From assembly GCA_002269645.1 (NCBI GenBank), contig NIVC01000776.1, positions 124,001-188,000 on the forward strand: a stretch of DNA of 64,000 nt, given 5' to 3'. The notes beneath the pieces are model-generated. The model searched no databases and had not been told where the DNA came from. It saw only the letters and a list, made by a program, of their open reading frames with translations. Numbering within the stretch: the first letter of the stretch is position 1; the number at the start of each line of letters is the position of its first letter. The DNA comes from Macrostomum lignano (Eukaryota). Shown piece after piece: positions 12,401 through 24,400 of this stretch. The translations under genes and the position numbers were made by a program.

Positions 12401-15400
12401 GGTGTGCATCCTGGTTGCTAGCCAGTCTCTGTGCTCTCAGGCCCGCTTCCGTAGCAACCTGGCCCAGATGTTCAGCCCAGTTCAGCTGGTCGACCAGGTA
12501 AGTCTTCTTTCCACAGGTTCAATTAAGGTCAGTGTGTGAAGGGTTAATTGAAGGTATCAAAAAATGATTTCTTATTTACAAAAACAGCTGGCCTCATCCG
12601 ACCGAGACAGCATCCCGCTGCCAATCCGTTTTTCTGATGCTGTTTCTTTGAAGCCTGTGATCAGCAAGGTGAGTTAAGTAGTATCATTCGAGTTTTCATT
12701 TCTGCGCATGGCAAACTTTTTTAAGTGTTGAATACTTGGTAGAAGGAGTAGAAGTGCTGGATAATCTAGTGGGATCTGAAGTGAGTCAATGGGATCCCAA
12801 TTGAGTCAATGGAATCTCAAGTGAGTCAATGGGAGCTCAAGGGAATCAGTGGGATGTCAAAAGAGTCAGTGGGATCTCAAGAGAGTGAGTGGGATCTCAA
12901 GAGAGTCAGTGGGATCTCAAGAAAGCGGGGTCTCAAGAGAGTCAGTGGGATCTGAAGATAGTCAGTGGGATCTCTAGTGAGTCAATGTGATCTCAAGAGA
13001 GTCAGTGGGATCTCAAGAAAGCGGGGTCTCAAGAGAGTCAGTGGGATCTGAAGATAGTCAGTGGGATCTCTAGTGAGTCAATGTGATCTCAAGTGAGTCA
13101 ATGGGATCTCAAGTGAGTCAGTGGGATCCCAGGTGAGTCAGTGGGATCCCAAGTGAGTCAGCGGGGTCCCAAGTGAGTCAGTGGAATCCTAGGTGAGTCA
13201 GTGGAATCCCATGTGAGTCAGTGGGATCTCAAGTGAGTCAATGGGATCCCAAGTGAGTCAGCGGGATCCCAAGTGAGTCAGCGGGGTTTCGAGAAAGTCA
13301 GCGTGGTATCTAGAGAGTGGGTTTCAAGAGTCAGTGCCAGTGGGATCTCAAGAGAGAATCTACCAGTTCTCTCCCAGCCAAAGCAACCCACAACTCCCCA
13401 TCCGATTCCCTCAGCTGGTTTCTTTAAAGGACGCCGGCGTGCTGAACTTCTTGGACGACTTTTGGTCACGCATCGCCGCACTCGAACCCGCGACCACCGC
13501 CTCGGAGGCGACGGCCTCGCCGCCCACCGCGCTGGCCATGCTGGACCGCTTGGAGCGCCTGTCGGACGTCGCCTGCGGCCACGGCGCCAGCACCCTGCGT
13601 CAGATCACTGGCCGGCTGCGGGCCAGACTGGCCGGCCGAGCCCGCAAGCCTGACACTAAGCATGCGGGGCCGGAGGCGCGGCCGACATTGCCGCCAGTTG
13701 GCGAGGCCGACGAATCTGGCAACTCCAGCGCCGCGCGTCGCCTTGTCGATCTGGACGCTGTGGAGCTGGCGCAGCCTGAGCAGTGTGAGTGCCTTGGCTG
13801 CTTGGAGGGCCTTGCAGCTCATCTTTGTGCTTCATTCCTGGTCTGGGATGTACATGTAGATGCCTAGAGCCGGGCGCAACTGCTGGCCGACCTGGCCAAT
13901 CCAGCCACCGTAAATTGTGGTGGATCAGGGGTAAGTCGCAAAAATGCCCAGCCGAAAGAATACAGACTAATTAGTACTAATTAGATGACGAGGCATTTAG
14001 CCTAAATAAACCAGTGATAGTTACTCCTGCCGTTTACCCAAAACTCTAGAGTAATTTTTGCTCTAGGGTTCTTTCACAGGTAAGTCGCATTTTTAGCCAA
14101 AAAATAAGTCGCACGGCCAGTGTAAATCAGGGGGGTTGCGCATATATGACTGGAGGGGGGGCGCCTGAACGGAAACGCGGCCTGTGACGCTGTTCTCTTT
14201 TTTTTATTTTCCCGTTCTGTGCTGGGGAAGATAAGGATTGGGATAAGTGGGGGATTTTTTCTTGGATTTCAAGAGTGCAGAATTGCATGGCGTCTCCGCT
14301 CTCCGCCCCCAGTCTGCTTCAACGCCAGCTACCAGTTCGCCCTGCTGGGTAGCGTCGGCAGCCTGCTGAGCAGCCTGGGCTTCGACTCGCTCTCCGTGCT
14401 GGCGTTCGGCGAGATCGCTTATTCGCCTGACACGGAGTCGGTTCGGCGACACCTGCGGCGGGTGAGACCGGGGCGTCTGGCATGTTTTTCTGACTTTCAG
14501 CTCAATTAGGAATGTCTCCAAGTTATGTAGGAGTGCATCTTGTATAGGAGTGAATCTCTGCTTACGGAGGAGTGAATCTCAGCTTATGGAGGAGTGAATC
14601 TCAGTGTATGGGGAGGAGTGAATCTTATAGACGAGTGAATCTCAGCTTATGGAGGAGTGAATCTTTGCTTGTGTGAGTGAATCTTAGCTTGTATAAGAGT
14701 GAATCTCAGCTTATGGAGGAGTGAATCAGAGCTTGTAAAGGAGGGAATCTTAGCTTGTATTAAAGTGAATCTTAGCTTGTATAAGAATGAATCTTAGCTT
14801 TTATAAGAGTGAATATTAGCTTATGCAGAAGTGAATCTTGTGAATCTCAGGTGACTCTCAACAGTTAAAAAATATTTTTGACCGCTAGCCGCCAGCTCCC
14901 CTCCCCGCCCCGCGCAGATCAACGAAACTCTGACCGGCATTGCCGACGTGTCGCGCGTGGCCGAGCTCTGGCTGACCAACGAGACGGAGCGGGCCGCCCA
15001 GTTCCTGGCTAACGGGCCGCTGCTGCCCGCGCTTCAAGTGAGTTCACTTCCGGTTACTTGGATTTTGCCCTGTCTTCTCTCTACTCTCATTTATTTAGAG
15101 TAGACACCCCTGTATGCTGCTATGTTTCTCTGTTTCTCCATTTACTCTGTTCATTTTCGGTTCATTCATATATGCCTGCCCTCATTTCCATGCCTACTTT
15201 AATTTCCAGGTCTATCCTCCTTTCCAAGTACATCGTCATTTCCATGTGTTCCCTCATTTCCATGTCTATCCTCATTTCCATGTCCATCCTCATTTCCATG
15301 TCTACCCTCATTTCCAGGTCTATCCTCATTTCCAGGTCTATCCTCGTTTCCATGTCTATCCTCATTTCCATGTCTATCCTCATTTCCAGGTCTATCCTCA

Positions 15401-18400
15401 TTTCCAGGTCTATTCTCATGTCCAGGTCTATCCTACTTTCCATGTCTATCCTACTTTCCATGTCTATCCTCATTTCCATGTGTTCCCTCATTTCCAGGTC
15501 TATCCTCATTTCCAGGTCTATCCTCATTTGCAGGTCTATCCTCATTTCCAGGTCTATCCTCATTTCCATGTATATCCTCATTTCCATTTCTATCCTCATT
15601 TCCTTGTCTTTTCTCATTTCCATGTCTTCCCTCATTTCCAGTTCATTCATTCCGTGCCTTCCCCTCCGTTCCATTCGTTACCACTCTCTTCTGTCTTCAA
15701 TCCCTCCTCATCCCCGCTTTCCTAATCCCCTCGCCCCCTCTCTAAACCCGAAGATTTTCCTCTCGGCCTGCCCGAGCCCGGCCTGTCAGGCGGCCGTCGC
15801 CGCTTTGTCCGCCGAAAGCGGCTCCACTGCTGCTGACGGCTCTTTTAATGACACGGAGGCAGCTGCTGCGGCCTCCAACTTCAGCACCGCGCCATGGCGC
15901 CGCGGCCTGTCGTGGGCGGACTGGGCGGCCAGGCGGCTGTACTATGCCACCGCCTGCTTCCGCCTCTCCAAGCTGCACGGGTTCGCCAACGAATCGGCGC
16001 TCAACGCCCGCGTGGAGCAGCTGTTACGCAACTATGACGCTCCTCCGCCTTCGTCTGACGAGTCGCCGGCAGCCAGCGGTCCGGGGCCGCAGCGGGGCCC
16101 GCTGCCGCGGGCGGCTCTGCTGCCGAAGGCTGGCGGCGGCGGAGGTAGCGGCGGTAGCGGCAGCAACGGCAACGAAACAGAGGGTAAAGATGGGGAACTG
16201 TCAGAGCAGATGCCGCACCTGCTGGCCGCCCTGGTGTTCGACTCGGACTCGGACACTTTCGTCCGCTACCGGCTGCGCATGCCGGAGTACGCGGTGGACA
16301 GCACCCGGCACTACAAGGTGCTGGACCGGGTCTGGACACCCGGGCCGAGGGCGGAGTTTCCTCAGGATTTCAAGTACTTCACGTCCTTCTTTATACACCT
16401 GCAGGTGAGGAATTCGCTGTAGATTTTTCTGTACACCTTATGCTGTACTGTACACCCTATGTTATTCTGTACACCCTATGCTGTACTGTACACCCTATGT
16501 TATTCTGTACACCCTATGCTGTACTGTACACCCTATGTTATTCTGTACACCCTATGCTGTACTGTACACCCTATGTTATTCGGTACACCCTATGCTGTAC
16601 TGTACACCGTGTTATTCTGTACACCCTATGCTGTACTGTACACTCTGTTATTCTGTACACCCTATGCTGTACTGTACATCCTGTGTTATTCTGTACACCC
16701 TATGCTGTACTGTACACCCTATGTTATTGTGTACACCCTATGCTGTACTGTACACCCTGTGTTATTCGGTACACCCTATGCTGTACTGTACACCCTGTGT
16801 TATTCTGTATACCCTATGCTGTACTGTACACCCTGTGTTATTCTGTACACCCTATGCTGTACTGTACACCCTATGTTATTGTGTACACCCTATGCTGTAC
16901 TGTACACCCTGTGTTATTCGGTACACCCTATGCTGTACTGTACACCCTGTGTTATTCTGTATACCCTATGCTGTACTGTACACCCTGTGTTATTCTGTAC
17001 ACCCTATGCTGTACTGTACACCCTGTGTTATTCTGTACACCCTATGCTGTACTGTACACCTTTTAAAAAAATAATCCAAAGGACCAGATAGAGAACCCAG
17101 CGCATGACTGCGGGCTAGAAGAGGGGAGAGAATAGATAAGAAAGAAGAGATTGGAGAAATGAGAGGCAAGGAAATAAAGGAGACGAGAGGAGAAACGAGA
17201 GAGGAGAGCAGAGCAGAAGTGGAGAGAGAAAATGGAAGGGAGAGAAGAGAGCTGAGAAGAGACACAAGCTTTGAGCGGACTGGATTGCTATTGTAAAGCT
17301 TCAAAGGACCCGAGAGCCGGATAGAGAGGCTTAGCGGGCCGGAGTTTGACGAGCCCCGCCACCTTATCATCAGGTAGAGATTATCTTCATCACGAGTGTA
17401 CAGGTCAGAGAAGAGTCCTAGATGAAATATTGGATGCATAGCTGTCAATCAGCCTCACCGGTTCCCCATCGCCAGGAGCTGCTAGAGCTGGCCATCGTCT
17501 CCGACCTGTCGGGCGTGGAGGTCCGCCACACCAGCCGGATGCGCCTGTTCCCCTCCGTCTGCAACTCGCAGGACAAATTCGTACGAGTCATCGAAGGCTT
17601 CTTGCCCATGATCATGACCCTGTCCTGGATCTACAGCATCTCCCTGCTGGTGAACGCCATTGTCTACGAGCGCGAGACCCGCATGAAGGAGCTGATGCGC
17701 ATCATGGGCCTGTCGGACTCCGTGCACTGGCTGTCCTGGCTCATCACCACCGTGACCGTCATGTCCATCAGTGCTGTGGGCATGACCGCCCTGCTTACAG
17801 CTGGCGGCATCGTCCGCCACTCGGACCCGCTGCTGCTGTTCATGTTCATCTTCTCCTTCATTGTCAGCAGCGTCTGCGAGGCCTTCCTCATCTCCGTGTG
17901 CTTCACCGACTCCAGCGTGGCGGCCGCATTCGCCGGCGTTGTGTACTTCGTCGGCTACGTGCCGTACTCGGCGGTGGACCGGCTGGCCGACAGCATGACT
18001 ACCGGAGCCTACGCGGCCGCCTGCGCCATCCCGCAGCTGGCCTTCGGCATCGGCTGCCGCTACGTAGCCAAGTGGGAGCTCGCCGGCGTTGGCCTGCAGG
18101 CCGACAACCTGCGCTTGTCGCCGATGTCCGACGACGCCTTTGCGTTCAGCAGCGTCCTGCTGGCCATGTGGCTGGACGCGGCCTGGCTGTTCGCCGCCGC
18201 TGCCTATCTGGAGCAGGTGTTCCCCGGGCCCTACGGGGTGCCCCGGCCGCTGCACTTTCCATTCACTTCCGCTTTCTGGCGCGGAGAGCGGCGCAGCAAA
18301 TCGGCCGCGGGCAAGACTGATGGCGTCGATGGCGGCGCTGCGCTGGAGGAGATCGACGCCGAGAACGACAATCCGCTGCTGAACGGCGGGGCGGCAGAGG

Positions 18401-21400
18401 ACGGCCTGGCGGCCGACCGATTCGAAGAGGAGCCTGGCCACCTGCCAGTCGGCGTCGCGGTCCGCCGGCTCCGCAAGGTCTACGACGCCCGGCCAACGGC
18501 CGCCAGATTTTTCGGCGCCGCTGGCAGCTGCGTCGGCGGCGACGATGAGACGGACGGCGGCGGTGGCAGCGGACTGCCGGTGGCCGCTGTCGACTGCCTG
18601 ACGGTGAACTTCTACCAAGGCCAGGTGACTTCGTTCCTGGGCCACAACGGAGCAGGTAGGTTTGCCCAAGCCAAAACATTTTTGCAAAGGAGAATACTTG
18701 TGATCTGTAGGGCCTCCACGACCTCTGTTATGCCTCTTCCCCGTCTGGCAGGCAAGAGCACCACCATCTCGGTGCTGACTGGACTGTACACCCCGACCTC
18801 CGGCACTGCGAGCATCTACGGCCTGGACATCCGCACCCAGATGGACTCCGTCCGTCGGTGCCTCGGCCTCTGCCCGCAGCACAACATTCTGTACGACTGC
18901 CTGACTGTGCAGGACCACATCTACTTCTATGGCATGCTGAAGGGCCTCACCAAGGCCGAGATCCGGCCTCAGGTGGACTCGTTCCTGCGCGACGTTGGCC
19001 TGCTGCAAAAGCGGCACGAGCTCAGCAAAAATCTGTCCGGCGGAATGAAGCGGCGTCTCTCCGTTGCCATGGCGTTTGTGGGCAACTCCAAGCTGGTTGT
19101 GCTGGATGAGCCCACAGCAGGTAAGTCATTGCTCCCATGCTAACTGTCTGCTAACTGTCTGCTAACTGTCTGTGTGTCTGCTCAACGCTCCCTGTCTGCT
19201 CACTTCCTGCTCATTGCTCACTTCCTGCTCACTGCTCACTTCCTGCTCACTGCTCACTTCCTGCTCATTGCTCACTTCCTGCTCACTGCTCACTTCCTGC
19301 TCACTGCTCACTTCCTGCTCACTGCTCACTTCCTGCTCACTGCTCACTGTCTGCTCACTTCCTGCTCACTGCTCACTTCCTGCTCACTGCTCACTGTCTG
19401 CTCACTTCCTGCTTACTGCTCACTGTCTGCTCACTTCCTGCTCACTGCTCACTGTCTGCTCACTTCCTGCTCACTGCTCACTGTCTGCTCACTTCCTGCT
19501 CACTGCTCACTGTCTGCTCACTTCCTGCTCACTGCTCACTGTCTGCTCACTTCCTGCTCACTTCCTGCTCACTGCTCACTTCCTGCTCACTTCCTGCTCA
19601 CTGCTCACTTCCTGCTCACTTCCTGCTCACTGCTCACTTTTACTGTTCACTGTCCGAAAGAGGATGACTGTCACTGAAGCCACAGCTCACAAAATCAGAG
19701 GCGCAAATTCACAGCAGCTGTATTCCTGCCGCACCCCGCTGACCAGGCGTGGATCCGCACGCCCGCCGCGGCATCTGGGAGGTGATTGGCAAGTTCCGCA
19801 CCGGCCGCACCATCCTGCTGACCACGCACCACATGGACGAGGCGGACATCCTCGGCGACCGGATCTGCATCATCGATCGGGGCCGCCTGGTCTGCAGCGG
19901 CTCGCCGCTCTTCCTCAAGAAGGCCCTCGGCGACGGCTATGCGCTGACGCTCGTCCGATCGGCTGAGGCTCCGTCCGAGGCAGCTGCCGCCGCTGACGCC
20001 GCTGCCCTGCGTCTGGTCAGGCAGGAGGTGCCGGAGGCCCGCCTGGCCGAGGCGACAACCAGCGAGATTCGCCTTCGGTTGCCCGCCAGCTCTGCGGCCG
20101 GATTTGCCGCGCTGTTCGATCGGCTGGACGCCGCCATGTCGGAGCTGGGCGTCTCCGCCTACGGCATAGAGGACTGCTCGCTGGAGGAGGTCTTCTTGAA
20201 GGTGAGCACTCAAGTAATCGTTGCGGTGCAGACTGGGTAGTCAGTGTAGACTGGGTAGTCAGGGTAGACTGGGTAGTCAGGGTAGACTGGGTAGTCAGGG
20301 TAGACTGGGTAGTCAGGGTAGACTGGGTAGTCAGGGTAGACTGGGTAGTCAGGGTAGACTGGGTAGTCAGGGTAGACTGGATAATCAGGGTAGACTGGGT
20401 AGTCAGGGTAGACTGGGCAGTCAGGGTAGACTGGGCAGTCAGGGTAGACGATAGACTTAGCTGGCAGGTAGGCCCAACAGGGGGTCTCAAGCGTTTGCAA
20501 TCCCCAATTAACTGTTTTTGCCCAGGTCACCGGCTGCACTGACGGCGAGGAAGCCGCCGAAGAAAACGGCGACGCCAAAACGCACCATGCCGGCGAGAGC
20601 GCCAAGGCTCAAAACGGAGCCGTCGTTGCTGTGGCTGAATCAGACGACGCATTCGCTGCGCGCGCCACCTCGCTTACTCAGCAGGCGCGCGCGCTAGTCT
20701 CAGCGCGCTTTCACACCTCGTCGCGAGCGGTGGCGCGCTGGCTGGCCGAGCTGCTGCTGCCCACTGGCTTCGTGCTGCTCGCTCTCGCCCTGCTGCAGAT
20801 CGTTCCCCGGGACGGCCTCAACCCGCCGCTCGAGCTGGCGCCCTGGTACCTGCTGGGGACCCGGGACCCGCGGCCGCCTCCAGCCAGGACCTGCGCACCT
20901 TCGTCAGCCTGACGCAGCCCGGAGCTTCAGCCGCGCAGCCTCTGACCCGCCACCTGCGCGCCACGGAGCAGCTGGGCACCCGCTGCATGCCGCCAGGCCG
21001 CTTCAGCAACCCGCGCTTCCCCTGCAAGTGGCACCGGGCCGGCAGCGCCTGGTCGGAGGTGCCCGCCAACTCCAGCAACACTGTCGGCCGGTGCCGCTGC
21101 CGGCCGGAGTCTGCAGGCGGCGGTCCGGACTGTCCGGCCAGGCCAGACCAGCCGAGGCGGGCGCTGATGAGCGGCGACCTGCTGGAGGACCTGAGCGGCC
21201 TGCGGGGCGGCCTGGGCGGCCTTGCCGACTACCTTCGGGCGTCCACCATGCCCGACTACCGGCGCCGTTTCGGCGGCCTCCGCCTATTCGTGGAGAACGC
21301 CACCGCCGCTGCCGCCCGGGCCGGGGCCGTGGACACCGCCTGGCGCAGTCTGCAGCTGCTTGGCGTCAAGGAGAACAACTCGAACAGGTGGGAGGTCCAC

Positions 21401-24400
21401 TTAATGAGGTCCTCTGTAAACATTTATTGAGCTGTTTTCCCCAGTTACCTTCATGCTTCATTTTCCAACGCTAAAATGCTGAAACAATAGTAACTCAACG
21501 TACTTGAAGCCCTTGATTTTTTACGAGTACCTCCTTGGCCTCCTTGATACATTTGACCCCCTCTTGATTCCATTGACCCCTATGACCCTATGCCTTATTT
21601 GACCCTTAACTCCATTGACCCTTAACTCCATTGACCCCTAACTCCATTGACCCCTAACTCCATTGACCTCCTAACTCCATTGACCCCTAACTCCATTGAC
21701 CCCTAACTCCATTGACCTCTAACTGTATTGACCCCTATGACCCTATGGCTACTTTGACCCCTAACTCCATCGACCCCTAACTCCATTGACCCCTAACTCC
21801 ATTGACCCCTAACTCCATTGACCCCTAACTCCATTGACCCCTAACTCCATTGACCCCTAACTCCATTGACCCCTAACTCCATTGACCCCTAACTCCATTG
21901 ACCTCTAACTGCATTGACCCCTATGACCCTATGGCTACTTTGACCCCTAACTCCATCGATCCCTATGACCCTATGACTACATGTACTTTGACCCTTAACT
22001 CCTTTGGGCCCTATGACTTCATTAACCTTGTGAATTACAACAAAGCCTGTCGTGCCATTATGGCCATTGGCTTTTTCCACGTGACTCCATTGCCTTCTTG
22101 ACCCCCTAGCCCCAAGATCCTATTAACTCTCTTAATCCTGCACCCCTCCCTACTGCCCAAAAAAACCAAAGCCGCCCCGCCGCCCCCATCGCAGCTTCTG
22201 GTCCCAGCTGGGCCGCCTGTCGCTGCCGCGCCCGGCCTCCGAGGCCGCCACTGCCCACCAGCACGAAGTCTGGTTTGACAACCGCGGCTACACGGCCGGG
22301 CCCGCCTACCTCAACGTGCTGCACAACGCCCTGCTGCGCTCCCTCATCCCGGCCGGCAACGCCTCCGCCTACGGCATCTCGGCCTGGACCCACCCGGTGA
22401 CGAACCGGCCCAGCTGGGCCTCCAACGCCATCCAGATGAACGCCTTCGTGTCGGCCATGACTGTAGTGTCCGTGCTGTTCGCCCTGTCCTTCGTGCTGGC
22501 CAGCTTTGTCATTTTCCCCATAGCGGAGCGCCGGTCTGGGGCCAAGCACCTGCAGCTGGTGTCCGGGGTGCCGCCCGGCCTCTACTGGCTGGTGAATCAC
22601 GCCTGGAACCTGGTCAACTATCTGGCACCCGCGGCCCTCCTGCTGATCATGTTCGCCGCCTTCGACAGTCAGGAGTTCGTCAGCGCTGGGTCCATCGGGC
22701 CGACCGTCACCGTGCTGCTGCTGTACGGCCTGGCCTGCGCGCCGCTGATGTACCTGGCCAGCTGGCGGCTCGGCGTGCCCAGCAAGGCATACACGCTTCT
22801 GGCCTGCGCCAACCTCGGCCTGGGCTTCGTCACCACCATGTCCGTCACCATCGTGCGGATGATTGGCGAGCAGAACGATGTGAGAAATTGCGCTTGACTA
22901 CTACTGCTAGTAGGAGCCGAAATCATTGGACATTAATTTCTTGTGATAGTGTTTCACTGAAGCTCCATCGACGGCTTATGCTTTGGATATCCTACTTCCA
23001 CTCGGATATGCCTTTTCGATAAGCCATAGAGATTTTTTTAGATTAGAGGCAGGGACTGCGTGCACCCTGGCGCACTTCAAGCGACATTGTCACAACCGGC
23101 GAGAGGCATTAGTGCCCATTTCGCCTTGAGCAGGTACACAATCGCGCGGATACGTACGCAGTCATACGCGCAGGTCCACACTCACACAGGAGTGTACAGC
23201 GGCCCCAACTTTATATTATCGTTAGGCATGTGCACTTCACTGCGCCTTGGGGGTTGGCCCTCAAGGCCGCTAATTGCGCTAGCAGAGCCAAGCCGAGATT
23301 CCAATTTAGCTTCAAATTAATGTGACTGCACTTGGAATCGAGTCTGGGTCGCTAGACGACTGGGCTACGGCCTCCTAATCCATGGAGACTTCATAAAATC
23401 AAAGTTTTACTTTCAATTGTTCAAGGCTTTGCTTTGGGTGTTGTGGACTTGCGAATGGAGGTCAAGAGGTGTCAATGTACTTGAAACTCTCCCTCAGGAC
23501 AAGCGAATGCAGCGGATCTCCGAGGTGCTGAAGTGGCTGTTCATGGCGCTGCCGCACTTCTGCCTCGGCCACGGCCTCATGGAGCTCAACATCTACTACC
23601 AGCTGTCCGTGCGCCTGCTCAGCATGGCCGGCAAGCGGGGCGTCAAGGAGTACTTCTCCAGCGGCCTGGTCTTCCACAGCAGCGCCTGGCAACCAGCTAG
23701 AAAGTAAGCGCTGAGTCAATAATTACAGTTTTAGCTGTAGTATAACTGCCATTATCGACTGCTCCGCTTCCCTCCCCGCCCACAGCTACATCATCGCCCT
23801 GGCTATTCAGAGCGTCGTGTACTTCTCAGCCGTGCTGCTCATAGAGTACAGCTCCACCCTGCTGCCTCGCGCCCTGTCCCGCTGGCGCCGCAACCCGCCT
23901 GCGGCTTCCGACACCGCCGATCTTATCGACGACGACGTCGCCGCGGAGGAGGCACGGTGCTGTCTGAGCGGCGAAGGCGGCGGCAACCCGGACACCGCGC
24001 TGGAGCTGCGTCGCCTGGCCAAGGAGTTTCGTGGCCGCGGTGGTCGGCGAATCGCTGCTGTCCGCGGCGTCAGCCTGGCGGTTGGCCGGCGCGAGTGCTT
24101 CGGCTTCCTGGGCGTCAACGGGGCCGGCAAAACGACCACATTCCGGATGCTGACAGGTGACCTGGCGCCCAGCAGCGGCGACGCCTTCGTCTGCGGGCGC
24201 TCGGTGGTGACGGAAGCTCGAGAGGTTTGCCAACTCACGACATTGGGCTTGTTCTGCTGAAGGAAGGGTGGGGATAAGGGGTGGTTGCGGAGGCCATAGA
24301 AGTACTGTAGGGGGTAGAGTGAGGGTTATCGGAGCCCTAAAAGCACTGTAAAGAGTAGAGTGAGGGGTATCGGAGCCATTAAAGCACTGGAAGGGGTAGA

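Noticed and set aside
13920-14200. Thrice-repeated TAAGTCGCA in ABCA intron 7 as a MITE
   Set aside because: No terminal inverted repeats or target duplication could be defined.
17482-19017. 511-aa minus-strand ORF and similar antisense ORFs (19695-20213, 22106-22600, 45035-45670, 52544-53236, 59832-60346)
   Set aside because: Shadow ORFs produced by the high GC content of the sense-strand exons; no recognisable motifs.
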